Assembly: GCF_000143415.4 (NCBI RefSeq)
Contig: NW_003314331.1
Coordinates: forward strand, 230,244-294,243
Source: Selaginella moellendorffii
Taxonomy: Eukaryota > Plantae > Lycopodiophyta
DNA length: 64,000 bases
Direction: 5' to 3'
Shown: in pieces, positions 35,061-46,180 of the stretch
How positions within the stretch are numbered: position 1 is the stretch's first letter
Layout: each line of letters opens with the position of its first letter
The notes under the pieces: model-generated
Database searches by the model: none
The model's input: the letters and a program-made list of their open reading frames with translations, nothing else
What the model was told of the DNA's origin: nothing
Position numbers and translations under genes: made by a program

Positions 35061-35499
35061 CAATAACATCCTCTGATCGAGACCTCGCGACGAGCGTGGC
35101 CATCCCTGTTTTCTCACAACGCTCAGTGCCCCAAAGGCGAGGAATTCTAGGGTTGTTGTCATTTAAGCACAAGCTCTTCTCCCAGTCGCTGCCGCGCTGC
35201 ATTTGATTGCAGGAGTCGGCTATGGATTCTCGCAAGAAATTGGTAAACTTGTTTTCTCTAGAGGAATCTTTGCTGTTTCAGACAGAATGTCACTATAGCT
35301 TCCTGCGAGGAAATCAGTAAATTCATGAGTTTTTTTTTTTTTTTGCATAGCTTGAAAATTATGCTTTTTTTGTTTGAGAAACTTTGAAGTCTTCCTTTGA
35401 GAAACTTACTCCGGCTGGGTTTGTTCTTCGCAGCACCGGTGCTAGAATCGTCACTGCTGCTGCCGCACTGCTGCAAGACGAGGTCGGTGATTCTTTCTC

Positions 35500-35830
35500 T
35501 CTGGTTGTGCTCGCGTTTAACTTCTTCCACCTTGTATAGATCGGACAGGCCCCTGGCACAGCATCGTCAGGCGTATCTTTGTGGAGCTGGAAGTCACCGC
35601 ACAGCTCCTAGTGTCCCACACATCGACGTCCCGCGACTTCCCCTTGATTTGCTCCAGCCACTTCGCCGATATGTGCTGCTCGCTTCTCACGCTCGTCAAC
35701 TTGGCTTACCAGCTTGGATGAGCGCCGTTGGAAACCGACCATACCTGGCCTTTCTTCGCCTTGAGCAGCGTCCAGTCGGCGTCGAAGTCGTAAGTCCCGA
35801 ACGCCTGCTCCATGGGCGGAGGGCGATCGT
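35500..35830 (-). pseudogene. Probable DUF3444-domain remnant, as in plant DnaJ-DUF3444 proteins
   Basis: YDFDADW...KGQVWSV...AKL.SV...AKWLE and frameshifted CGDF resemble the DUF3444 pattern DF...GQ.WA...WLE...CG.F. Contains an internal stop. Confidence 0.5.
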
Positions 35831-37199
35831 CTCCTCCCAGGAAGTTCTCGGAGAGGAGAAGCGGCCTCTCTTGCTGCTCGGGACCTCCTCCTCCCCGTGG
35901 TCGTCGAACCTGTAGCAGAGGATGTTGCGCTGGAAGCTTGTTCCTTCCTCGGCCGCCGGTTTCTCGCTGGCTGGCTTCTCACTCGCGGGTTTCTCTGGGG
36001 CCTGCTGCTTCACAGGCTTCGAGTATTCTGCTTCGCTGTCTGGAACTTCCAGGATTCTCCATTCAGCTCATCATCCCTGTCTGGAACCTCGTCACCTTCC
36101 TTCGCATCGCCGCAGCTAGCCGCGGACAATCCTTCTTCTGGCGTTTCACATTCACTTGACCTTTTTTCTAGCGATCTCTTTTGGACAGCATCCTTGCTTC
36201 CTGGATTACGGTTCAAAAACTCGTCGATCTTCCTGGCCCTAGGAAACTTAACCAAAATTTTTTTTTAAAAAAAAACACTTACTGCTTGCAACGAGAAATG
36301 GAGAAATGCCAGCATAGAAACTCTTAGAATTGAAAAAAGAAAACTAGAAGCCAATGAAGCTTAGAAGTATAGCTAGCCAGTCATCAAGAACGTGGATTAG
36401 GCTTGAATTACCCATAGATCAATCAATCTTAAAGATTCACTGCTCCGGCGGCTCCACCAGCGGTTCCTGGGGCTGCTGTGGCGCCTGGGGCTGCTGTGGC
36501 TGCCGTGGAATCAGTGGATTCCTCCCTGGATCACAAGATCGCAATCGAAATTTCAACATGCAAATGAAAAATACCTCTCTCCTCACGCTTCGTGGTTTCG
36601 TGGATCAGCCACGCTTATTTCACGGCAGAAACAGGGCGGGGAGGCGCCTTGGGCGTGTGGCGCCTCCCCGCCCTGGGCGTGTGGCGCTTTCCCGGCTTCT
36701 CTGTCGCCGTCTTCCCTGCCGCCATCGCTCTTCTCGCTCTCTAGCTTCCGCTCAAATGAATATACCCTATTCCGATATTTGATACCCCATTTTGAAATCA
36801 CTTAATGGATATACCTAAGATACCGTCACTTTAAATTTTTTTACTTCTTCTTCGAGCTCGCTAACAAAGGAAGTGTTGAGGAGATGATTCCCCATGTTTC
36901 TCAGTGGAGCGCAGCATTCCATCGCAATTTCACTTCCATGAGCTTTGTGCCGCCTGTGAGCACAAAGAGCTTCGTGTCAGCGAAGCTACCGGTCGAGTTT
37001 TGATGCCTCCGGGTCGGGCGACTTCACTATTGGGCGACTCTGTGCTGCTGTTGCTTCTTTCGGCATCACGTAGAGATTTCCCAGCGCGTAGACTGCCTCC
37101 TCCTCTTTCACGTCGAAGATGGCTACCGCGAGCAAATTTACCAGTGAGTTTTCATGCATGGAGGCCAAAATCTACCTTCAGGACCGCTCTATGATTGGT

Positions 37200-39030
37200 G
37201 CGCTCCAACAACACCACCAGGAAGATATCCCTTGAGAAAAGCTTCTAGGATATAGAATGTTACCACCAGCAGCAATCACGGCATCACTTCATCTTGTTGT
37301 CTCCACAAACTATGCTCCCGATATCTCGTAGCACCTGACACAAGGTATTGAGAAAACAACAACAAGAAAACAAAAACTTACAGGGCTAAGAACTGTAAGC
37401 TGGTTGGCTATTGCCCGAGAGGTAACAGTTCCTTTGTATCAGAGAGAGCACTGATGTAGACGAGTAGGGCGCGTTTGTCCGGACACCTTGGAACCTTCCG
37501 ACTTGCAAGTGAAATTTAGCCTGCATACACGCCGTGAGTGGCTTTGAAGAGCAAAGAAACAACTCACTCACAACCTTGTAAGTTGTCACTATCCTATGAG
37601 GACTTGGAGGAGAAAAAGTATTAATCCTGCCAAACCTGCTGTTATGAGATAAACAAGATGGTGTTGCAGTACCGGGCAATGTGAAGCGTAGAGATCGTTG
37701 CAAACGCAAACTATCTGTGCCACAAAAGCTGGTCAGGTTCTCTATACGACGCAATCTTACGGGTCTAGACAGTCGAGAGATGGCAGTCTTCTTTCTTTGA
37801 GGTTTGGACATTTTTATCGTCGTTATCATTTCGAGAGACAGCCTTCGCCTCTGCAGTAATCTGTAGGAAAAAAACAAAGAAAAAGAAGGAAACATTGCAT
37901 CAAGGTTTAGTAATTTGAATACGTACCAGACCAACTAAAAAACCCCTTCCCAGCCAAATTGTCTGGTAAAATTACTGCTCTGTGGAAGATTTACTGAATT
38001 GACAGATTCTTGATGAAATAGATGGAGCGGTCAGAATCCCCTGTGACTGTCTCGATTTGAAGAGCATCCAAAGTTTCGGTCCGAAAAGAAGACGCTGTGC
38101 GATCATCACATACGAGGAACTTGTGCAAGTGTCGTCTTTCCAAGGCCCGGCGAGCCACATAAAAGAAGGACCTGCTTAAAACAAGCCATAAAACTGCTGT
38201 ACATAAATAAGTACCTTCTGATCTCTTGCCGGTCACCTGAAGAACTCTTGTTATCGTTGACGCTGTTCCGTTTGTTCTTCGCCTCATATCTTGTTATTGT
38301 CTTTGAGAACCTCTAAGTGTAGAGTGCCTTCTAACACCGTATCCGCAACTGTTTCAGCCAGCTTAAGACCTACTAATGAAAACGTTACACACAATTTACC
38401 TCTCGATTGATCCGTTCATCGCTTAAAAGCTCGGGAACGACTTCAGCGAGTATTGATCAACCCATAGCCTCTCCCTCGAGACAGCGATGAGATCTCTTTC
38501 CTTCTCAGCGAGCTCGCAAGCCTTCGAGAAAATCCATGAGAACAAACTGATCAACAACGAAAAATAGTCATACTTGATCGCAAAGTCGAGTTAAATTTAT
38601 CAAGCGAGCATACCTTTTTATTATCAGAGAAGTTTCTATCAACTTCTTGCTCCAACCACGGTTCCGTCAAAAGTCTCTTCGCGACAATTTTCTTCCCCGG
38701 CAATCTTCGAGAACAATGATACTGTCCTCTACGACGGCAATTGGAGTCTTTTACGCTACAGCATCGTCGACTCCACGCACACATCGGGAACCACAAGTTT
38801 TCTCTTCACTACGGGAAAAGGAAAAAATCCATGAGATCCTGGGAAAATTTAGGCCAAACCTGGCAGATCGCGCTGCGCATCCACGCCGCCGCCCGCATTC
38901 ACATCCTCAAACCCTTCCCTGCCCTCCTCAAATCCATCGGATCTGATCAAAGAACGCTTCATCCATGAGAAGCGCTTCGTCCGCCATGGCCCGATCTTGC
39001 CATCCAGTCAAGCTCAGCGCCTCCATAGCC
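37200..39030 (-). pseudogene. CTF18: CTF18 (RFC-like clamp loader subunit) pseudogene, copy 1
   Basis: Frame-broken exons give Walker A CGSPGLGKTTLAQV, DDRTAS, Walker B LDEIDGA, RLSRPV...CVCNDLYA and LLSDERINRE. Confidence 0.82.
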
Positions 39031-39406
39031 GCCACAAGGCACAGGTTTTTGGCCCAAATATTCTGTTTAGATGCTAAAGATATTCCGTTTATTTTCAAAA
39101 GATTCCGGTTAAGAAAAACAGTATCGCATTTGATCATAGCCAAAAGGAAGGCTTCTGATCCCCCCAGGGATCCTAATTCTGTTCATATTCATATTCCTTT
39201 ACTATATTTAAAATAACTTTTCATATAATTTTCAAGATAATTACATATCTACAGTTTTGTTGAAATCATCATTTCTCCCATATCTCGAGAGTTCCAAGAG
39301 ACTGGAAAATAGTTCATGAGACCTTGTTACAACTAATTCTTGTGCTTTGACACAAAGCATGACAAGATGTCCTTCCTGACACATGAATATTAATTAGTTG
39401 ATTCTC

Positions 39407-41548
39407 TCAATGGTTACCTCTCCTGAATATATTTGCCATGAGGATGTAAGCTGAGCTATCACCCCTGTCCTCCAGCTCCAAAAACTTCCCAAACGCAAAC
39501 CGAGCCACCTCAATGTTATTCCACTTTGAGCATATGCCCAGGAGCGTTGTCCAAGTCCGGGATGTCGGCGTAAACGGCATTTTCTCCACAAGACCAATTG
39601 CCTCTTGGAACAAGTTTGCTCGGCCCAGCATGCTGATTGCTGAGTGATACAAGTTTTGGTCTGGCACAGTCTCGTAGACTGCTGCATTGAACAACTTGTT
39701 GCCTTTTTCAATGAGGCCTGAGCAGCTACAAGCAGCAATGATGCAGCACAAAGTCGCAGCGTCCGCTTGGAAACCTTCGTCTTTCATCCTTCCAAAGTCC
39801 TCAAAAACTTGCGATGAGCTCCCCAGACGACTATATCCCGCAATGAGCACCGTCCAGGTTATCAAGTCTCTTGTTACCAATGAATCGAAAAACACCTGTG
39901 AATCCACCATGCTTCCGCATTTGCCGTAGAAATCCACCAGGCAGGAGTGTAAAGTTGGATTTTCCTCGACTCCACTCCGGCAAGCGTCAGCATGGACCTG
40001 TCTTCCAGCGTTTAGTGCCGCAAGATCTCCGCAGGCCTTGAGTGCTGTCACCAAGACTCCAGCGTCCCTGCTCTGGAGACCACGAAGCTCTCGATGATTG
40101 TGGCAGAGAGCATAGATCTCGAGAGCCAGCTCCGGTTCTTCGTTGTCAACGCAGGCTTGCATCAACGCGGTGCTCGAGACAAGATTGTAACTCGGCATTG
40201 TGGTGAAGACTCTCCAAGCATCGGCCAAGGTTCCAGACTTCGCGTACAAGGTGACGAGTTTGCTCGCAACGTAGTATTCCGTGTCAAGACCCAGTTCCAA
40301 CGCTTGAGCATGAACAGCCATTCCTCTCTCCAGGCACCGGATCTTGGCCAGCTTTCCTCCATCGATAACTCGAGCTTCTTCCTTGGCAGCCAGGCTGATA
40401 CACGCCGTGAGAGCAGCGACGAAGCTCAAAGCCGTCGGAGCACAGCATGTCGCAAAAATGGTGGTGAAGATCTCCAAAGCTGTCTCCTCTTCCCCGTTCT
40501 CGGCATAGCCGAGTATGAGAGAGTTCCACGAGACGACGTCGAGACGAGCAGCTCGGCTGAAAACTCGTCCAGCGTCGGTCATGCTCCCGCATTTAGCGTA
40601 CATGCTCACAAGCGCACTGACCAAGAACACATCGTCAAAACTACATCCAAATCTCAAAGATGAGGCGTGAAGATCCATACCTTTTCTCAGAGACTCGAGC
40701 TTGACAGTTCGTCCATGGATCTCCTCGCCACCCTCCTTGATCGCCAAGTTCGAGCAAGCCTTGGCCAGAGCCGCGAAAGTCCGAGAATCCGGTCGGCAAG
40801 CTTTCATGGTGGAGTGATCGTCGTCATGGACCATCTTCGCAAAGTAAGCTACAGCCTGTTCTTCCTGCCCGTTCTCCGCAAAGCCAAGCAACAGCGCGTT
40901 CCAGGAGACAACGCTGGGAACTTCCATTCCATCGAAAATCCTACGCGCTTCGACAATGCTCCCACACTTCGCGTACATGTCCACCAGAGAATTCGAGACA
41001 AAGACGTTGGAGTCGCAGCATCCAGCCATGGAAGCTCTCCAATGGATCCAAACTCCCATCTCCAGAGCCTCGACCTTTCTCGCATCGTCCATAGCCGCGA
41101 TGGAGCTACACGCCTTGAGCGCTGCTACAAAGCTCCTCTCATTTGGTGACGATCCCATCCTGGAAAAGAGCTCAAGCGCGCTGGATCCGTCCCCATTCTC
41201 GGCGTAGCCCAGCACGATCGCGTTCCAAGACACCACATCGGGGTATTCCAGCGCATCAAACACCCCGCGCGCCTCCGCCATGCTGTGGCACTTGGAATAC
41301 ATCGCGATCAGCGCGCTGGCAACTCGGGGGTGGGAATCGCAGCCTATTCCCGCCGCTTCATCGTGGATTTGCCTGCCGCGATCGAGGTCCCGTGAAACCC
41401 TTGACGCTCTCAAAGCGGCCAGAATCATCGACACTCTGCTGGAGCTCTCGCATTCTCCTTCCTGGACGAAAATTCTTCTTCTTCTTCTTCTCATCGAATT
41501 GGAAGAGGCGCCACTGCGAAATCCACGATTCCACATCCCACAAATCAC
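39407..41548 (-). CDS. PLS-class PPR protein, intact copy (713 aa), no DYW
   Basis: Uninterrupted ORF with an Arg/Ser-rich presequence-like N-terminus and PLS repeats. True start uncertain. Confidence 0.9.
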   Translation of the reverse strand: MICGMWNRGFRSGASSNSMRRRRRRIFVQEGECESSSRVSMILAALRASRVSRDLDRGRQIHDEAAGIGCDSHPRVASALIAMYSKCHSMAEARGVFDALEYPDVVSWNAIVLGYAENGDGSSALELFSRMGSSPNERSFVAALKACSSIAAMDDARKVEALEMGVWIHWRASMAGCCDSNVFVSNSLVDMYAKCGSIVEARRIFDGMEVPSVVSWNALLLGFAENGQEEQAVAYFAKMVHDDDHSTMKACRPDSRTFAALAKACSNLAIKEGGEEIHGRTVKLESLRKGMDLHASSLRFGCSFDDVFLVSALVSMYAKCGSMTDAGRVFSRAARLDVVSWNSLILGYAENGEEETALEIFTTIFATCCAPTALSFVAALTACISLAAKEEARVIDGGKLAKIRCLERGMAVHAQALELGLDTEYYVASKLVTLYAKSGTLADAWRVFTTMPSYNLVSSTALMQACVDNEEPELALEIYALCHNHRELRGLQSRDAGVLVTALKACGDLAALNAGRQVHADACRSGVEENPTLHSCLVDFYGKCGSMVDSQVFFDSLVTRDLITWTVLIAGYSRLGSSSQVFEDFGRMKDEGFQADAATLCCIIAACSCSGLIEKGNKLFNAAVYETVPDQNLYHSAISMLGRANLFQEAIGLVEKMPFTPTSRTWTTLLGICSKWNNIEVARFAFGKFLELEDRGDSSAYILMANIFRRGNH

Positions 41549-41719
41549 ACGACATAGCTCCTATTTGCCCTAAAAGGAAGCATTCTAAGCTTAAAGGAAG
41601 CAATTTATGCTATTTGCCCTAAAGGAAGCCTTTTAACTAAGCTTGCCACGTCACTTTGTTAGAAAGACACGTGTCGCGCCTATATAGGTTTGCCCCTCCA
41701 CGTCCGCCATGCTGCCACC

Positions 41720-42151
41720 ATGTCCGTGCGTCACGCCCTCTACTTTCACGGTACACGCCTCCCCAATGGCCATACCGCCGGCGGCTTCCTCCTCCTCAAT
41801 TACCGCGACGCCGAGGTCGCCCGCGACGGCATTTACCTCGGGCCCGAGGCCCCCATCATCGAGGCCGAGTACCGCGCGCTCGTCGCCGGCCTCCACACCG
41901 CCTCCCACCTCCGCGTCTCCATCCTCCGCGTCTATGGCGACTCCCAGCTCGTTGTCAACCACGTCTCGGCGGAGTGGTACGCCCGGAGCCCTCTCACGCA
42001 GGTGCTGTGGCGCCTTAGCCGCGAGAGATTTAGCTCTTTCTCGATCGAGCGAGTGCCCAGCTATGGATATAACGGCGCCGCGGATGTGTCGCACGTAGCT
42101 GCGAGCTTGCGCTCGGATTTCTGCCGCACCGGTGGCACTCGCGTGTTTTGA
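41720..42151 (+). CDS. RNase HI-like protein, copy 2 (in-frame 12-bp deletion)
   Basis: Same motifs as 23073..23516: FHG, EAEY, GDS, NGAAD. Confidence 0.78.
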   Translation: MSVRHALYFHGTRLPNGHTAGGFLLLNYRDAEVARDGIYLGPEAPIIEAEYRALVAGLHTASHLRVSILRVYGDSQLVVNHVSAEWYARSPLTQVLWRLSRERFSSFSIERVPSYGYNGAADVSHVAASLRSDFCRTGGTRVF

Positions 42152-42257
42152 TTCGACTCTTGCTAGGAATGTAGCTGTCGATCGATCGAATCGATCGAGT
42201 TCTTCCGAGGAACACGATCACCATTTCGTTCGAAATATTTTCAAGGCCTAGGGTACA

Positions 42258-43457
42258 ATGCTAGTGAATCTTGTCCAATGCCATGGCGGCAGCGCCTTGG
42301 ATCGCGCAGCGCGCTCCCGCTCGGAATCGCCAGTTCTTCGTGGCGCCAGGACGGATTCCATCGGATTTGCCAGGAAATCTGTGAGCAGGGTCTATGTCTT
42401 GGACGTCCATCCGCTGTGCTACCGCGGGAGCAAGCCGGATTCCAGCGAGTTTTTGTGGTGGATGAGAGCGTTTCTTCGCAGGATTGTGCTTGACGATCCA
42501 GTGATTGCTGTAAGTCTCGTTTTGTTGTTGCAGGATTGGATGAAATGCGATTGTGTAGCGCAGGTTTTCGATGGCGAATTTGGGAATGACTATAGGAGAA
42601 AAATTCTTCCTGCTTACAAGGCTGGAAGGAGGAAATTCAAGCCTCTAGATCCGAGCTTCAAATGGACAAGAGGTTTAGAGGCGAGTTTCTCTCGTTTCCA
42701 ATGCTTTCTTCGACAGTGTAACATACCTGTAAGTCCTCGATCTTTCATTCTTCCTTTTTCCATGAGCTAAAACGAAGTTCATTGCTGACAGGTTGTGAAA
42801 GTTGATAATGCTGAAGCGGACGACGTCATTGCGACACTAGCTCGGCAAGTTAACGACAGGAGTTTGAAAGCAGTCATTGCATCCCCGGATAAAGATTTCA
42901 AGCAGCTCGTTTCGGAAAACGTCGAGCTGCTGATTCCGTTCGCGGATCTACGAAGGTGGTCATTTTACACAGTCAAGGATTACGTTGAACAACACAAATG
43001 CGAGCCTGGGATTGAATTGGGACTTCGTAAGTATCCAGTTTCGTAAGTTTGGCTGATTATTCCAATTTTTTTTTCTTTCCAAGGATGCTTGCTAGGGGAT
43101 GCTGCTGATGGTGTTCCCGGTGTGCCTGGGTTTGGACGGAAAACAGCTCTGAAACTTATGAGGAAGCACGGCTCGCTAGAAAATCTATTAAGTGCAGCGG
43201 CATTTCGGACGGTTGGGAAGCCCTACATACAAGATGCTCTCAAGGAGCATTCCGTGTTGCTTGAGAAAAACTTGGAAGTTTTGTCCTTACGCAGGTAACT
43301 GGCTATTCTTTTCTAGCAGATTTTCTTATTTCCTTTTTATTGCAGAGATATTAACGTAGAGCTACCAGTTGAGTGGTGCTTGTCCAGGGATAAGTCAAAC
43401 GATCTTGCTGCATTGCAGTGGCTCGAGAAAGAACTTGAAATGCTGCAGCGTGTCTAA
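42258..43457 (+). CDS. Organellar 5'-3' exonuclease (OEX2-like), copy 2
   Basis: Mirror of 21760..22966 with intact exons and GT..AG introns. Confidence 0.9.
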
Positions 43458-43699
43458 ACACAGGTATCTGGCTATTGGTTTCTAGCATCCAGATGATTTT
43501 TTAATTTTTCTTGCAGAGATATTGACGTAGAGCTGGTGCTTGTCGAGGGATAAGTCAAGCGATCTTGCTGCATTGAAGGAACTTGAAACGTTGCAGGTTG
43601 TTTAGCAGCGGTGAACTGATCAGGCTCGAGGTATGAAAAATTTGAGCTCGCTTTATCGTTTCTTACTACGGCCTTCGTAGAATCCATAATCTGTCCTTG

Positions 43700-46180
43700 A
43701 TGGAAACGAAGGTTGGTCCACTTCTGCAGAAACCTCAGGGTCTTTCAGATGAGGATGCTCTTGCAGTGTACAGACGAATGCAACGTCAGGGATTGAAACC
43801 AGCCATTGGCATTGTTGTTGGCGCTCTCAAGGTATGTAGAAGCATGAGAGATCTACAACTAGGCAGGAGAATTCACAGGGATGTTTCCGAGACAGGTGAC
43901 TTCTCAAACATTATCGTCGCCAACATCCTGCTTGATCTGTACGCGAAATGCGGAAGCATGATAGATGCCCGTGCAGCATTTAACAGCATGCCGCATCGCG
44001 ATGTTGTCTCCTGGAATTCGATCATACAGGGATATGCACATAGTGGAAACGGTGACATGGCTCTACAGTTGTTTGCTCGTATGGAAGACGAAGGGTACAA
44101 ACCGGATCGAGTATCAGTTCTTGGTGCTCTCAAGGCTTGTTCCAGCTTGATAGAGAAGGATTCCGGGCAGGCTTTGGATGGTCGACGGGTGGTATTCTTA
44201 GAGAGGAGCAGGGAGATTCACAGGAAAGCAGTAAAACTTGGCATAGACTCGGATCTCTTCGTCGCGAGCACGTTGATTGATCTTTACGCAAAATGTGGGA
44301 GCTTGACAGAGGCTCGTCGAGTTTTCGAAGGAATGAGCCATCGTAGTGTGGTGACATGGAACTGCATGATTCTCGGGTATGCCGGCAGCGGCGAGGGTGG
44401 TGAAGCTCTCGATATCTATGCTCGAATGCGTCGTGGAGACACTCCACCGGATGCTTTAACTTTCATCGCAGCACTGAAAGCTTGTTGCTGTCTCGCAGAC
44501 GAGGAACTTGGGACAGTTGTTCATGGTGAAGAAGAAACGCAAGTCTTGAAGATTCAGAGCTTGGAAAAAGGAAGGGCCGTTCACTTGGAAGCTGGTGAGC
44601 ACTCGTCAAACATCTTAGTGACCAACACACTCGTGGAGTTCTATGCCAAGTGTGGGAGCATGGTGGAGTCTCGCAGTTTGTTCGACAGTATTGAACGTCC
44701 AGACGTGGTTTCTTGGAACTGCCTCACTCTTGGTTATGCTCAGAACGGCAAAGGCGAGCAAGCTCTTGAGATATTCTTTAGCATGGATGAGAATGGTTGC
44801 GCTCCAGATCGTGTCACAGTTCTTGCTGCACTAAAGGCCTGCGTCACCTTGGCTGAGAAGGAACAGGGCCAGATTGTCGACGGAGGCGTCGTTAAGCTTC
44901 GGGCTTTGGAGAGAGGCAAGGCCGTGCATGCTCGAGCTCTCGCTTTTGTGGACGGAGAAGACCTCTCTGTTCATAATGCTCTCGTTGACATGTACGCCAA
45001 GTGTGGAAGCATGGTGGATGCTTGGCTGGTTTTCGAAGATATGGTGGTGCGAGATGTGATATCTTGGACGGGGATAATCCTGGGGTATGCTTGCGGCGGC
45101 CAGCACAAGCTCGTCTTACAATCGTTTGAAAGCATGCAAGAGGAAGGTGTTAAGGGAGATCACGTCACTGCTACTACTGCATTTAAGGCTGTTGCGACTC
45201 TAGCGGAGAAAGAAGACGGCAAGCTTGTGAAGAAATGGTTGGAAAAAGGCAGAGCTCTCCACTTGCAAGTCGCAGGGATTTGCGAACTGGATGTCTACTT
45301 TGCTAGTGTCCTGGTGGATATGTATACGAAGTGTCGAAGCATGGAGGATGCTCGGGGAGTCTTCGACAGCCTCAAAGGTCGGGACCTTGTTCTTTGGAAC
45401 TCCATGATCTTGGGATACAGTCAGTGTGGAGAACCCGAGCTCGCTCAGGAGTTTTACACTCGGTTGCTGCAAGAGAAAAGCTTGGAACCGGATGGGGTGA
45501 CTTACGTTGCTGTTCTCAAAGCCTGCGCCAGCCTTGCAGCACTGGACTTCGGGCAGCAGATTCACGTCCAAGCTTGCAGCGCTGGACTGGATACAGAGCC
45601 ATCGGTGGGAAGCTCTCTCGTTAGCTTCTATGGGAGGTGTGGAAGCATGACCGAAGCCGAGGAGGCGTTTGAGGCAATCGCGGACAAGACGGTGGTGGCA
45701 TGGAGTGCTCTCATGGCGGGATACAGCAGCCAGGGCGACAGCCTGCGGGTCTTTGAGCTCTTCGAGGCCATGAAGCGTGAACGAGTGCGTCCAGACGGCG
45801 TCACCTTTGTCTCGGTGCTCACGGCATGCAGCCACGCCGGGCTGGTTGACAAGGGACGTGAGTTCTTCGAGGCCATGAGCAGCGAGTATGGAGTGGCTCC
45901 AAACGTCCAGCACTACACTTGCTTGGTGGATCTTCTGTGCCGGGCAAATCGGCTAGACGAAGCGCTCAAGACCGTGGAGGCGATGCCTTGCAAGGCGGAC
46001 GCAGTGCTGTGGACGGCGCTGTTAAGTTCATGCCTCAAGTGGAGAGATGTGGAGCTTGGCAGGATGGCTTTCCAGTCGGTTCTCAAGCTCGACGATGGAA
46101 CAGGCTCCGCGTACTCTCTCATGTCCAACATCTATGCGCGAGGTGAGTCGGATTTACAGCTCCAAGACAAAGCTCCATAG
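43700..46180 (+). CDS. PLS-class PPR protein, copy 2 of the 827-aa ORF
   Basis: About ten substitutions relative to 19047..21530. Confidence 0.93.
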   Translation: METKVGPLLQKPQGLSDEDALAVYRRMQRQGLKPAIGIVVGALKVCRSMRDLQLGRRIHRDVSETGDFSNIIVANILLDLYAKCGSMIDARAAFNSMPHRDVVSWNSIIQGYAHSGNGDMALQLFARMEDEGYKPDRVSVLGALKACSSLIEKDSGQALDGRRVVFLERSREIHRKAVKLGIDSDLFVASTLIDLYAKCGSLTEARRVFEGMSHRSVVTWNCMILGYAGSGEGGEALDIYARMRRGDTPPDALTFIAALKACCCLADEELGTVVHGEEETQVLKIQSLEKGRAVHLEAGEHSSNILVTNTLVEFYAKCGSMVESRSLFDSIERPDVVSWNCLTLGYAQNGKGEQALEIFFSMDENGCAPDRVTVLAALKACVTLAEKEQGQIVDGGVVKLRALERGKAVHARALAFVDGEDLSVHNALVDMYAKCGSMVDAWLVFEDMVVRDVISWTGIILGYACGGQHKLVLQSFESMQEEGVKGDHVTATTAFKAVATLAEKEDGKLVKKWLEKGRALHLQVAGICELDVYFASVLVDMYTKCRSMEDARGVFDSLKGRDLVLWNSMILGYSQCGEPELAQEFYTRLLQEKSLEPDGVTYVAVLKACASLAALDFGQQIHVQACSAGLDTEPSVGSSLVSFYGRCGSMTEAEEAFEAIADKTVVAWSALMAGYSSQGDSLRVFELFEAMKRERVRPDGVTFVSVLTACSHAGLVDKGREFFEAMSSEYGVAPNVQHYTCLVDLLCRANRLDEALKTVEAMPCKADAVLWTALLSSCLKWRDVELGRMAFQSVLKLDDGTGSAYSLMSNIYARGESDLQLQDKAP

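Larger units (their letters stand above)
32250..39140. repeat. Segment C (protease, PPR remnants, CTF18 remnant); diverged direct copy at ~48630-53445
   Basis: Matching ORF translations (33854..34102 vs 49835..50083; 37386..37934 vs 51828-52379), with copy-specific insertions. Confidence 0.88.
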
